In this document: positions 31,892-41,651 of the stretch, piece by piece
Layout of the letters: each line of letters begins with the position of its first letter
Numbering within the stretch: the stretch's first letter is position 1
Source of the DNA: an uncultured Mycoplasma sp.
GTDB taxonomy: Bacteria > Bacillota_I > Bacilli_A > RF39 > UBA660
Assembly (NCBI GenBank): GCA_945947035.1
Contig: CAMEXD010000006.1
Span: 1,574-65,573, forward strand
DNA: 64,000 bases
Reading direction: 5' to 3'
Made by a program: the position numbers and the translations under genes
Notes under the pieces: model-generated
What the model saw: the letters and a program-made list of their open reading frames with translations, nothing else
Told to the model about the DNA's origin: nothing
The model's database searches: none

Positions 31892-32158
31892 ATGGATGAA
31901 AAAAGAATCTTAACAATAAATAAACCTGATGGAAGTAGTGAACAAGTTGAAGAAGTAATTTCATTTGAATTCGACGATACAAAAAAACAATATCTTGTAT
32001 ATACAAAAAATGAAGTGGATGAAACAGGAAATATGACAATTTATGTCACAGAAGTTAAAAAAGATAACAATGGTTATAAATTTTTGGGAGTTTCTTCAGA
32101 TGAAGAATGGGACAGAATTAAAGCTGTTTTAAGAACTCTTATAAAAAAGGAAATGTAA
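31892..32158 (+). CDS. DUF1292 family protein
   Basis: FEFDDTKKQYLVYT, DEEWDRIK. Confidence 0.8.
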   Translation: MDEKRILTINKPDGSSEQVEEVISFEFDDTKKQYLVYTKNEVDETGNMTIYVTEVKKDNNGYKFLGVSSDEEWDRIKAVLRTLIKKEM

Positions 32159-32172
32159 TAGGAGGCAATTAT

Positions 32173-33141
32173 ATGAAACTAGATAATTACGAAGTTCCAT
32201 TTGGAACTGATGGTAGAACTATTAGTGTTACAGAAGTAAATTTATTCAATAGTGATAGAATTATAGAAGATGATGGTAAGAGTATTGTCAAAAAAATAAA
32301 AACAAAAGTTGAACAAATAAAAACTGCACAATCAGATTTTTTAAGATCAATTGCAGTAAAATTCCCATCTGTAGTTGAAGAAGTTTCTGTGCAACAACCA
32401 GAGATTAATGATACGTATATAGAACCTAAAGCAGAAGAAATTAAAGAGGTTAAAGAAGAAATGGAAGCAAAAGAAGTGGGACATAGATATTCATTTGAAA
32501 CTGAAGTTGTTGAACCTGTAAGAGAAGTTTATCAGACAAATAATATCGGTGTTGATAATGCCTATAAAAATGATTCTAGGGTACAATATGATAAACTTTA
32601 TAGTAAATTAGATCCTGTCGAGAAATTAAGAGAAGAGTTTAAAAGAACTCAAAATGGAACTTATGCTCACAAAGTTTTAGAAGCAGGAATTAATGAAGCT
32701 GAAAAGTATGAAAGATTGGAAGAACAAAACGATAGAGAACAAGTAAGTGCCGAAGAAAAATTAAAACAAGACCAAGCAGAACTTGATTCTTTAAAGACAA
32801 GAAGACTTTCTATTGACAGAGAAAAAAGAGATTATGCAAATAAGGTTTTAGAAGCTTATAAACAAGCTTGTCAATTAGATGCACATGATAAAGCAACAAA
32901 AGAAGCTGAAATAAAAAGAGAACAAGAAGCAGCAGCAAGAAAAGCTAAAGAAGAAGCAGAAAAAAGAACAGCAGCAGCAAGAAAAGCTGAAATACTTGCT
33001 ACAATACCTGCTGAATTGTTACAGGAAGAACCTGCTAAAACCCCAGTTAGCGTTCAAAATACAGGTGTATTTAGTAAATTTAGAGATATGGAAGAAGAAG
33101 TTGAAACTTTCGATTTTAAAAAAGGTGGAAGAGCTGCATAA
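32173..33141 (+). CDS. Hypothetical coiled-coil protein
   Basis: ORF track; E/K/A-rich C-terminal half; SD ggagg. Confidence 0.75.
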   Translation: MKLDNYEVPFGTDGRTISVTEVNLFNSDRIIEDDGKSIVKKIKTKVEQIKTAQSDFLRSIAVKFPSVVEEVSVQQPEINDTYIEPKAEEIKEVKEEMEAKEVGHRYSFETEVVEPVREVYQTNNIGVDNAYKNDSRVQYDKLYSKLDPVEKLREEFKRTQNGTYAHKVLEAGINEAEKYERLEEQNDREQVSAEEKLKQDQAELDSLKTRRLSIDREKRDYANKVLEAYKQACQLDAHDKATKEAEIKREQEAAARKAKEEAEKRTAAARKAEILATIPAELLQEEPAKTPVSVQNTGVFSKFRDMEEEVETFDFKKGGRAA

Positions 33142-33196
33142 AGCTCTTTTTTTCATATATAAATAATATATTGCGTAAAATTTATTGAGGGATACT

Positions 33197-34123
33197 ATGA
33201 AAAATGCGTTATTATTTTATTATAATATTGAGATTTCAAATAATAATTTAAATAAAATAAATGAAAATTATTATTTTTCGTATCAAAATAGTGACTTTAT
33301 CGTTGCAAGATATTCAAGAAATATAGATGATGTAAATGAATTGTATTATTTGACAGAAGAAATGATAAATAACAATATTCCACTTTATAAAATAATAACA
33401 ACAAAAGAAAATAATATTTTATTTAGTTATGAAGGAATTTATTATATTTTAATGATAATGCCAAAAATAAAAAATAGGCTTATTAATTATAATGATGTTA
33501 TAAATTTTAATTATATTCCAACAAATAATAATAAAAAATATAAGGCAATAGATAAATCATATTGGACAACGTTTTGGTCTAATAAAATAGATTATATTGA
33601 ATATCAATTTTTTCAACTTGAAAAAAAATATAGTATTATAAAAAAATCAATTAATTTTTATATTGGAATTTGGGAAAATGCAATTAGTTACTATAATAAC
33701 AATGTTATTTATGATAATTTTTCTAAGTGTGTTTGTCATAAAAGACTAACTTCAAAAACTGATTTACTTTCATTTTTAAATCCTTTAAATCTTGTTATAG
33801 ATTACAAAGAAAGGGATGTTGCTGAATATATAAAATCTTTTGTTTATGAAGAAAAATTCACTGAAGAAAATATTGAATATTTTTTAAAAGCAATACCTAT
33901 TAATGAAAACATTATAATAAGGTTTATTTCACGAGTTTTATTTCCTTCAAATTACTTTGACTTATATGAGGAAATAATTTATGAAAATGCACCAGAATCA
34001 AAAATTGAAAAAATAATTGAAAATAAAAAAAACTATCTTTTTTTAATGAAGTTAGTCTTTAAATATTTTGAAACATATAATATTCCAACAATTGAATGGA
34101 TTGAAATTGAAAAAACTAAATAA
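33197..34123 (+). CDS. Spore coat kinase-like protein (YutH/CotS-like)
   Basis: WTTFWSNKIDYIEYQ, YIGIWENAI, VCHKRL, DYKERDVAEYIK, ARLLFP-like SRVLFPSNYFD. Confidence 0.75.
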   Translation: MKNALLFYYNIEISNNNLNKINENYYFSYQNSDFIVARYSRNIDDVNELYYLTEEMINNNIPLYKIITTKENNILFSYEGIYYILMIMPKIKNRLINYNDVINFNYIPTNNNKKYKAIDKSYWTTFWSNKIDYIEYQFFQLEKKYSIIKKSINFYIGIWENAISYYNNNVIYDNFSKCVCHKRLTSKTDLLSFLNPLNLVIDYKERDVAEYIKSFVYEEKFTEENIEYFLKAIPINENIIIRFISRVLFPSNYFDLYEEIIYENAPESKIEKIIENKKNYLFLMKLVFKYFETYNIPTIEWIEIEKTK

Positions 34124-34346
34124 TTTCATTTATAACGCGAACTTCTTTAATTTCTGGAATTCTTTCTTTCATTATTCTTTCAATACCATCCTTTATTGTA
34201 ATGTCTTGCATGCTACAATAAAGACATGCACCTTGTAAACTTATGTAAACTATGTTGTCTTCTAGTTTTACAAAATTGATGTTGCCACCATCATTCATTA
34301 AAAAAGGTCTTAGCTCATTTATAACATTTTTTACTTCTTCTTCCAT
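34116..34346 (-). CDS. NifU-like Fe-S scaffold (YutI)
   Basis: LRPFLMNDGGN, LQGACLYC. Confidence 0.9.
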   Translation of the reverse strand: MEEEVKNVINELRPFLMNDGGNINFVKLEDNIVYISLQGACLYCSMQDITIKDGIERIMKERIPEIKEVRVINEII

Positions 34347-34434
34347 AACAAATATCACCAAAATTATTATAACTTCAAAATTAAAATTTGTCTATATTTA
34401 AAAAAAAGTGTATAATTGACTTTAGGTGGTATTT

Positions 34435-34788
34435 ATGACTGATTATAAAAAAGGAAGTATAGTGACTGGTAGTATTACTGGTATTGAAAAATATGGTGCC
34501 TTTGTTAGTTTGGATGAATATTATAAGGGACTTATACATATATCTGAAATATCAAAAAATTATGTTAAAAATATAAATGATTATGTAAATGTTGGAGATA
34601 CTATAAAAGCAAGAGTGATAGAAATTGATAATAATACTTGTCATGTAAAACTTAGTATCAAGGATTTAAATTATAAAATAAAAAAAGAAAAAGTTAATCC
34701 AATAGAAGAGGTTGGAAGTGGCTTTGGTATTTTAAAAGATAATCTGGATAAATGGATTTATATGAAAAAAAATCAAGAAAAAAGATAA
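34435..34788 (+). CDS. S1 RNA-binding protein (YugI/CvfD-like)
   Basis: GIEKYGAFV, GLIHISEIS, LSIK. Confidence 0.88.
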   Translation: MTDYKKGSIVTGSITGIEKYGAFVSLDEYYKGLIHISEISKNYVKNINDYVNVGDTIKARVIEIDNNTCHVKLSIKDLNYKIKKEKVNPIEEVGSGFGILKDNLDKWIYMKKNQEKR

Positions 34789-34824
34789 TTTTTTTAAAAA
34801 TTTTAATTTTTTTCTTATTTTATA

Positions 34825-34853
34825 TTGACAAAAGTACGATAATATATTATATT
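34825..34853 (+). promoter_or_regulatory. SigA promoter of the tRNA operon
   Basis: TTGACA-17-TATATT. Confidence 0.7.
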
Positions 34854-34879
34854 TGTAATTGTCCGATAAATGTTTATTT

Positions 34880-34956
34880 GGGCGATTAGCTCAGTTGGTT
34901 AGAGCATCTGCCTTACAAGCAGAGGGTCGGGAGTTCGAGTCTCTCGTCGCCCACCA
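34880..34956 (+). tRNA. tRNA-Val(UAC)
   Basis: Cloverleaf, anticodon tac, encoded CCA. Confidence 0.95.
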
Positions 34957-34960
34957 TGAT

Positions 34961-35036
<76 letters not shown>

Positions 35037-35046
35037 TCTTTTTTTT

Positions 35047-35130
35047 GGAGGGATAGCGAAGTGGTCAAACGCGGCAGACTGTAAATCTGTTCTTTCGGGT
35101 TCCATGGTTCAAATCCATGTCCCTCCACCA
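35047..35130 (+). tRNA. tRNA-Tyr(GUA)
   Basis: Long variable arm, anticodon gta, CCA. Confidence 0.95.
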
Positions 35131-35147
35131 CTCGTTTTAGCATAAAT

Positions 35148-35222
35148 TGCCTCGTAGCCAAGCGGTAAGGCACCACACTTTGACTGTGGCATTCGCTAGT
35201 TCGAGTCTAGCCGAGGCAACCA
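35148..35222 (+). tRNA. tRNA-Gln(UUG)
   Basis: U1-A72 acceptor pair, anticodon ttg, CCA. Confidence 0.93.
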
Positions 35223-35227
35223 GCTAT

Positions 35228-35303
35228 GTTCCGTTAGCTCAGTCGGTAGAGCATTTGACTTTTAATCAAAGGGTCTGGAGTTCGAATCTCCAGCGGGACA
35301 CCA
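35228..35303 (+). tRNA. tRNA-Lys(UUU)
   Basis: Anticodon ttt, CCA. Confidence 0.95.
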
Positions 35304-35309
35304 TTTTTT

Positions 35310-35398
35310 GCCTGAGTGGCGGAATAGGTAGACGCACAGGACTTAAAATCCTGCGTGATTAATCTCACGTGCCAGTTCAAGTCTGGCCTTAGGCACCA
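35310..35398 (+). tRNA. tRNA-Leu(UAA)
   Basis: Long variable arm, anticodon taa, CCA. Confidence 0.95.
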
Positions 35399-35413
35399 TT
35401 TTTTTATCTACAC

Positions 35414-35504
35414 GGAGGAATACCCAAGTCTGGTTGAAGGGACTGGTCTTGAAAACCAGGAGGTCGGCGACGGCGCAGGGGTTCGAATCCCTTTTCCTCC
35501 GCCA
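35414..35504 (+). tRNA. tRNA-Ser(UGA)
   Basis: Long variable arm, anticodon tga, CCA. Confidence 0.95.
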
Positions 35505-35516
35505 AACTTTTTATAT

Positions 35517-35593
<77 letters not shown>

Positions 35594-35595
35594 AT

Positions 35596-35671
35596 GGTTC
35601 CGTGGTGTAGTGGTTATCACGCCTGCCTGTCACGCAGGAGATCGTGGGTTCGAGCCCCATCGGAACCGCCA
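35596..35671 (+). tRNA. tRNA-Asp(GUC)
   Basis: Anticodon gtc, CCA. Confidence 0.95.
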
Positions 35672-35675
35672 TTTT

Positions 35676-35751
<76 letters not shown>

Positions 35752-35935
35752 GTTTTGAAGTTTGCCCTTATTAAAAGGGTTTTATTATGGAATAATTAGA
35801 TTTGCTACGATGAAATATCATACTAAATATGCAATAAAATATTAATCCATTTCAATAAAAATTATAAGTTAGAAAATTCTCATATATCTTATATTTATAC
35901 AACATATTAAAATGAATATGAGGAGTGATTTTTTA

Positions 35936-36112
35936 ATGAGTTTTGTTGTTAAGAAAACTAGAGAAAAAGAATCTTCTTTATATAAATCATTATATATTAA
36001 AGAAGAGCTAGTTAAGAAAATTGAGAGAATAGCAAGAGAAAACGATACTTCTTTTAACAATGTTGTGATTAGTATGATTGAACATTGCTTAAAAGAAAAT
36101 GAAGAACAATAA
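35936..36112 (+). CDS. Small ribbon-helix-helix (Arc-like) DNA-binding protein
   Basis: YKSLYIKEELVKKIERIARENDTSFNNVVISMIEHCL pattern; SD aggag. Confidence 0.65.
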   Translation: MSFVVKKTREKESSLYKSLYIKEELVKKIERIARENDTSFNNVVISMIEHCLKENEEQ

Positions 36113-36317
36113 TTCTTTTACTATCGAGAAAAGGAGTTTTAAAATGAAGCTCCTTTTGTGTATGACCTTTATATTTTTTATAATAACTATATTCCTTCAA
36201 AAAAATATACAAAAATTTCAAAAATATAAAAATATTCAAAATATAAAAATAATGATAAATTACTATCATTTTTTTTTAATAAATGATATAATTGACTTTG
36301 TTAGGATGTGATACTAT

Positions 36318-37115
36318 TTGAAAACTAGGATAATTAGTGCTCTTGTTATGTTAATTATTACCATTCCAATTTTATTTCTTGGTGGTATACCATTTAAACT
36401 TTTTGCTGTGTTTCTAGGTTTGTGTTCTTTGTATGAATTATTAAAAACAAGGGAAACAAAAAAGAAATTTCCTTTATCTATAAAGATTTTTTCTTATATA
36501 ATACTCGCAATAATTATATATTTTAGTAACACAAATTCTATTAATTATCATATTAATTATATTTATATTGTTTCAGCTTTTTGCCTTATACTATTGCCAA
36601 TTATTTTTATTAATGACAATGAAAAATATAATATAGATGATGCATTATTTTTAATAGGAAGTATGGTATTTTTAGGAATTGTTTTTAATTCATTTATAAT
36701 TATTAGACAAACAAGCTTTAATAATTTTATATATTTGCTTTTGATAACAATATTTACTGATACTTTTGCTTTAATTAGTGGAAAGTTAATTGGAAAAAAT
36801 AAATTGTGTGAAAGAATTTCTCCAAATAAAACTATTGAAGGTTCTATTGGAGGAAGTATCTTCGGTACACTAATAGCAACTATGTATTATCTAATTGTTA
36901 TAAATTCAACTGCTAATGTTTTATTGGTTTTAATATTTACATTATTGTTTAGCATTATTGGACAATTTGGAGATTTATTTTTTTCAAGTATAAAACGTCA
37001 TTATAAAGTAAAAGACTTTTCAAATATTATCCCTGGTCATGGTGGTATATTAGATCGTCTTGATAGTTTTATATTTGTTGTAATATTATATGTAATATTT
37101 ATTAATATTTTATAA
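36318..37115 (+). CDS. cdsA: Phosphatidate cytidylyltransferase
   Basis: [40 protein letters not shown]. Confidence 0.95.
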   Translation: MKTRIISALVMLIITIPILFLGGIPFKLFAVFLGLCSLYELLKTRETKKKFPLSIKIFSYIILAIIIYFSNTNSINYHINYIYIVSAFCLILLPIIFINDNEKYNIDDALFLIGSMVFLGIVFNSFIIIRQTSFNNFIYLLLITIFTDTFALISGKLIGKNKLCERISPNKTIEGSIGGSIFGTLIATMYYLIVINSTANVLLVLIFTLLFSIIGQFGDLFFSSIKRHYKVKDFSNIIPGHGGILDRLDSFIFVVILYVIFINIL

Positions 37116-37126
37116 GGAGGAAATTT

Positions 37127-38170
37127 ATGATTATTACTTTATTATTATTTATATTGATACTTGGAGTGACTATTTTTGTTCACGAATTAGGACATTTTAT
37201 ATTTGCTAAATTATCAGGTGTTCATGTTTACGAATTTGCTTTGGGATTTGGTCCAGTTTTATTTAAAAAAATTGCTAAGGATGGTACTCAATATGCAATT
37301 AGGGCAGTACCATTAGGTGGATTTGTATCCATGGCTGGGGAAGAAGTGGAATATGATAGAGAAAAACATAAAGGAAAAAATATGCAGGACAAAACATTCT
37401 GGCAAAGATTTCTTATTATGTTCATGGGAGTTGGTAACAATTTTATATTTGCTTTTTTTATTCTATTACTAATTGGTTTTGTTTTTGGTGCTCCAAATCT
37501 TGATCCAATAATAACTGATGTTAATGAAAACTATCCTGCTGCTATAGTGGGAATTGAAAAAGGCGATAAGGTGTTATCAATAAATGGCCATAAAGTAAAA
37601 TATATTGATGATATTTCTTTATATATGACTCTTGCTGATTTAGAAAATAATCTTGTATTTGAGGTAGAAAAACAAACTGGTGAAAAAATCTCATATGAGA
37701 TTGAACCACTTAAACAAACAATAGATGGTCAAGATAGTTACGTTATTGGAATAGTACTTTCTAAACAACCAGAAAAGGGATTTTTTAAATCAATTGATTT
37801 TGCTTTCAAACAGGAAGCAGCAATTATTAAACAGATGTTAGTTGTATTAAAATCACTATTTACTGGAGGATTATCAATTAATAAACTAAGTGGCCCAGTT
37901 GGAATATATTCAATTGTAGATCAATATAAAGCTCAAGGATTGAATTCGCTTTTATATTTAGTTGCATTACTAAGTGTTAATGTTGCTATAATAAATTTAA
38001 TTCCTTTACCTGCTTTTGATGGAGGTAGAATTTTGTTCCTTATTATTGAAAAAATTAAGGGTTCTCCTATTAATCCTAAAGTGGAAAATATGATTCATTC
38101 AATAGGATTTATTTTACTAATGATTCTTATGATTTATATTACATTTAATGATATCCTAAGATTATTTTAA
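37127..38170 (+). CDS. rseP: RIP metalloprotease RseP
   Basis: HELGH, PDZ domain, NLIPLPAFDGG. Confidence 0.95.
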   Translation: MIITLLLFILILGVTIFVHELGHFIFAKLSGVHVYEFALGFGPVLFKKIAKDGTQYAIRAVPLGGFVSMAGEEVEYDREKHKGKNMQDKTFWQRFLIMFMGVGNNFIFAFFILLLIGFVFGAPNLDPIITDVNENYPAAIVGIEKGDKVLSINGHKVKYIDDISLYMTLADLENNLVFEVEKQTGEKISYEIEPLKQTIDGQDSYVIGIVLSKQPEKGFFKSIDFAFKQEAAIIKQMLVVLKSLFTGGLSINKLSGPVGIYSIVDQYKAQGLNSLLYLVALLSVNVAIINLIPLPAFDGGRILFLIIEKIKGSPINPKVENMIHSIGFILLMILMIYITFNDILRLF

Positions 38171-38251
38171 AAGTAAAAAAACAAAAAAAGACTTAAAAAA
38201 CTTAGGTCTTTTTTATTTTTTGCTTAATAAATATATTGGAGGATAAAATTT

Positions 38252-40276
38252 ATGAGTGAAAAATATGTATTCCAAAATGACATGTTTGACTGTGGTGTTG
38301 CTGCACTTAAAACTATTTTTCTTCAATTTGGAAAAAAAATTAATGTAGAAAATTCTCATATTAATCAAGGACTTAATGCTTATGAGATAATTAAAATAAG
38401 TCAGAAAAATGGACTTTTTGCAAAAGGTGTAAAAACAGATCTTTCTCATATTACACAAAAATATCTGCCATGTATTGCACATATTATTAAAGACAAAAGT
38501 TATTTTCATTACATAGTGATTATTAAAAATAATAGAAAAAGCAAAAAAATAACAATTTTTGATCCAGCAGAAGGACTGAAAAATTTAAGCTATGAAGAAT
38601 TTGAAAAAATTTCTACTAGTATATTTATTATATTTGAGACAAAAAAGTTCAAAAAAAATTTTGATAATAGATTTAGGAAAACTATAATTGAATTATTTAA
38701 AAAAAATATAAAATTAATAACTAAATGTGTCCTTTTTTCATTAATTACTATATTTCTATCACTTTTATTTAGTTTTTATTTAAAATTCTTGATTCAATAT
38801 GAAAAATATTTGGTAAAAATATCGTTATTGTTTTTACTTTTATCTATAATAAAAAATTTAACTTTCTATTTTAAAAATAAACTAATAATAAAATTGAATG
38901 AAAGAATAGATAATGATATAACAGAAAATTTAATTACTCATATTTTTAATCTTCCATACAATTACTATCAAATGAGGACAACGGGATATTTACTTAATAT
39001 AATAAATGATTTAGAAAATTTTAAAAGTATTGTAACAAAAATTTTTATAATATTTTTTGTTGATTTGGTTTTTGTTTTACTAATTATACTATTTTTGATT
39101 TGGTTTAATGTTTATTATTTAATTATTATAATTTTAGTTGCAGTATTAAAGATAACAATTGCCTTTCTTTTTCAAAATAAGTTTAATGATAATTATTTAA
39201 AAATAAAGTCAAATAAAATTTCTAGCAATACTTATTTAATTAATTATTTAGAAAATATTAATTCAATTAAAAATCTGGGAATTGAAGAAAAAATATCAAA
39301 AAATGTGAAACAAAAGGAACAGAAATGTCTTTATGAAAAGCAAATGTTTAATAAAAGTAATAACAAATATTCATTTATTAATACATTATTAGAGGAAATA
39401 TTTTTAATTTTTGTGATTGCATTGACATTTATTATAAAGTTTGATGATTTTACTTTGCTAAATTTAATAGTATTTACCAATATTTACCAATTATTCATAA
39501 ATTTCATAAATAACATTTGTGAGGTAATTATTATGTATAAAACTTATTTATCCTCAATAACTAAGGTGCTTGATGTATTTGAAGAACAAGAAGAAAAAAA
39601 ATCCAATGAAAATACTCATTATAATACTATTGAATATAATAACGTCTCTTATAATGTTGAAAATAGAATTTTATTTGATAAAATATCGTTTAAGATAGTA
39701 AAAAATGACTATGTCTTTATTGAAGGCAAAAGTGGAGTAGGCAAAACAACATTAGTAAAATTACTTTTAAAATGTATTTGTGGTTATACTGGAAAGATAA
39801 CTTTAGATAATATAGATTTATCATATATAAATGAAAATGATATTAAAAAAAATATTGTTTATGTTTCAAATAATGAAAAATTATTTAATGACACGATATA
39901 CAATAATTTAAGTATAGTTAATTCATCAAAAGATAAAATTGCTAAAGTATTAGAAGTATGCAAAATAGAAGAATTTATGAAAAGAAAACATATTGATAGT
40001 AATTATGTTATAGATAGTTTAGGAAATAATTTAAGTGGTGGCGAAAAAAACAAATTATTAATTGCAAGAGCACTATTAACAGATAGTAAAGTAATAATAT
40101 TTGATGAAAGTTTTAATGAGATTGATTCAAAAACTGAAAAAATTATCTTGGAAAATATTAAAAAAAGTTTTGATGTAACTATAATTTTTATTTCCCATAG
40201 AAAAGATAATATTCAATTATTTAATAAACATTACAAAATAAAAAATCATAAATTGATAAAAATGAGGGAGGAATAA
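38252..40276 (+). CDS. Peptidase C39-containing ABC exporter (PCAT)
   Basis: QNDMFDCG (catalytic Cys), HYIV, FDP; TM domain; GKSGVGKT, LSGGE, IFDE. Confidence 0.92.
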   Translation: MSEKYVFQNDMFDCGVAALKTIFLQFGKKINVENSHINQGLNAYEIIKISQKNGLFAKGVKTDLSHITQKYLPCIAHIIKDKSYFHYIVIIKNNRKSKKITIFDPAEGLKNLSYEEFEKISTSIFIIFETKKFKKNFDNRFRKTIIELFKKNIKLITKCVLFSLITIFLSLLFSFYLKFLIQYEKYLVKISLLFLLLSIIKNLTFYFKNKLIIKLNERIDNDITENLITHIFNLPYNYYQMRTTGYLLNIINDLENFKSIVTKIFIIFFVDLVFVLLIILFLIWFNVYYLIIIILVAVLKITIAFLFQNKFNDNYLKIKSNKISSNTYLINYLENINSIKNLGIEEKISKNVKQKEQKCLYEKQMFNKSNNKYSFINTLLEEIFLIFVIALTFIIKFDDFTLLNLIVFTNIYQLFINFINNICEVIIMYKTYLSSITKVLDVFEEQEEKKSNENTHYNTIEYNNVSYNVENRILFDKISFKIVKNDYVFIEGKSGVGKTTLVKLLLKCICGYTGKITLDNIDLSYINENDIKKNIVYVSNNEKLFNDTIYNNLSIVNSSKDKIAKVLEVCKIEEFMKRKHIDSNYVIDSLGNNLSGGEKNKLLIARALLTDSKVIIFDESFNEIDSKTEKIILENIKKSFDVTIIFISHRKDNIQLFNKHYKIKNHKLIKMREE

Positions 40277-40277
40277 A

Positions 40278-40415
40278 ATGAAGGAATTAAGTAATAAAGA
40301 ACTAAAAAAAATTATTGGTGGAATATCAGCGTGGGGTATTGCGGGTATAATTTTAGGCATTATATTTGGAATAGGAGTAATAGATGGAATAGTTCGTCCA
40401 TTAGAATGTAACTAA
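40278..40415 (+). CDS. Double-glycine leader peptide 1 (45 aa; not in ORF track)
   Basis: MKELSNKELKKIIGG|ISAWGIAGIILGIIFGIGVIDGIVRPLECN; SD gaggg. Confidence 0.85.
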   Translation: MKELSNKELKKIIGGISAWGIAGIILGIIFGIGVIDGIVRPLECN

Positions 40416-40416
40416 A

Positions 40417-40587
40417 ATGAGAGAGTTAAATAAAAAAGAATTAAAAAAAGTTATTGGCGGAATAGATCTGACATCAGGCATATTAAATTCATTTGTTAGG
40501 GCTTTTGAAATTGTTATGGAAATAGGAAAAAGTTTAGGTACGTCAATAAGAAGGATTAGTGGATCTAATATATGCGAGATAGAATAA
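40417..40587 (+). CDS. Double-glycine leader peptide 2 (56 aa; not in ORF track)
   Basis: MRELNKKELKKVIGG|IDLTSGILNSFVRAFEIVMEIGKSLGTSIRRISGSNICEIE. Confidence 0.85.
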   Translation: MRELNKKELKKVIGGIDLTSGILNSFVRAFEIVMEIGKSLGTSIRRISGSNICEIE

Positions 40588-40724
40588 AAATTTTATTTCA
40601 GAACAAAATAATAATGGTAACTACTCTGATAGTTTGTACTCCAATAATTGCATATTTATTTAAAATATTATTAGATAATGGTAGGTTAATTGGCACAATT
40701 ATAAGAAAATTATTTAATAATTAA
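40572..40724 (+). CDS. 50-aa hydrophobic peptide without GG leader (candidate immunity protein or third component)
   Basis: MRDRIKILFQNKIIMVTTLIVCTPIIAYLFKILLDNGRLIGTIIRKLFNN*; overlaps the end of peptide 2. Confidence 0.55.
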   Translation: MRDRIKILFQNKIIMVTTLIVCTPIIAYLFKILLDNGRLIGTIIRKLFNN

Positions 40725-40811
40725 ACAAAAATTTGACATTTTACGCAAAAAGTGTTATAATTTAGACACTTATTAAAAGATTACCAAAAGAATTATAGGG
40801 GGGTAGGTAAT

Positions 40812-41246
40812 ATGGAAAATAAGAGATTAAACTTTCATGTTGAATATGTTAATGAAAATGAATTTAAGAAAAAAGAAAGATCTGTAAGAAAGTATAATAT
40901 GTTAGCTTATAAAAAATTGACTTTTGAATATTATCCTGCAATTAGAGAAGGAAATTTTTTAGGAAAATTAGTTTCTACTTCAAAAAAGGATAATACTGAA
41001 TGTTATGAGTTAAAGTTACCTACAGATACTTTATTTTCAAAAGTTCATGGTGATGTTGTATTGCATTATACTGTTTATCGCGATAGTAATGTTGTTTTAT
41101 TAACTAATATTACTCCTGATAGTATATTAGAAGAGGGACATAGAAGTGAACTTGGAACATATAAAGGGGTTATGATTTCTAAAACAAATAAAGAAAAGGA
41201 CATGTTTAAAATTAATTTATTAAATGCTTTAAACCAAAAAGATTAG
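40812..41246 (+). CDS. Hypothetical protein
   Basis: ORF track; own TTGACA/TATAAT promoter and terminator. Confidence 0.8.
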   Translation: MENKRLNFHVEYVNENEFKKKERSVRKYNMLAYKKLTFEYYPAIREGNFLGKLVSTSKKDNTECYELKLPTDTLFSKVHGDVVLHYTVYRDSNVVLLTNITPDSILEEGHRSELGTYKGVMISKTNKEKDMFKINLLNALNQKD

Positions 41247-41324
41247 TTTTTTGGTTTTTTTTATAAAAATTTAAAAAAACATATTGATTTTTTAACCCGA
41301 TTTGTGGTATTATTAAATGGCGAT

Positions 41325-41401
41325 GGACCCTTAGCTCAATTGGTTAGAGCTATCGGCTCATAACCGATCGGTTGTAGGTTCGAGTCCTACAGGGTCCACC
41401 A
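41325..41401 (+). tRNA. tRNA-Ile2(CAU, lysidine type)
   Basis: GGACC acceptor and CGGCTCATAACCG arm match Bacillus tRNA-Ile(CAU). Confidence 0.88.
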
Positions 41402-41416
41402 CTTTTAAAATAATGT

Positions 41417-41501
41417 GCAGGTATGGCGGAATTGGCAGACGCACTAGACTTAGGATCTAGCGGAGAAATCCATGGGGGTTCAAGTCCCTTTACCTGCACC
41501 A
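41417..41501 (+). tRNA. tRNA-Leu(UAG)
   Basis: Anticodon tag, long variable arm, CCA. Confidence 0.95.
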
Positions 41502-41543
41502 TTAAATTAATTGAGAGTCTATATGATTCTTTTTTTGTGCTTT

Positions 41544-41565
41544 TCGAACCTACAACCGATCGGTT
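41544..41565 (-). repeat. 22-bp exact inverted copy of tRNA-Ile positions 41362-41383
   Basis: tcgaacctacaaccgatcggtt is the reverse complement of aaccgatcggttgtaggttcga. Confidence 0.92.
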
Positions 41566-41651
41566 TTATCTAAAAAAGTTATACCTCATCCATAATTCGA
41601 CATAATTTGACAAATAGTAGTTTTATAATAACGAACTTAAGGGGTGAGATT

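Noticed and set aside
36069-36311. ORFs 36069-36269 (-) and 36099-36311 (+)
   Set aside because: AT-rich intergenic sequence with no recognisable motif or convincing RBS
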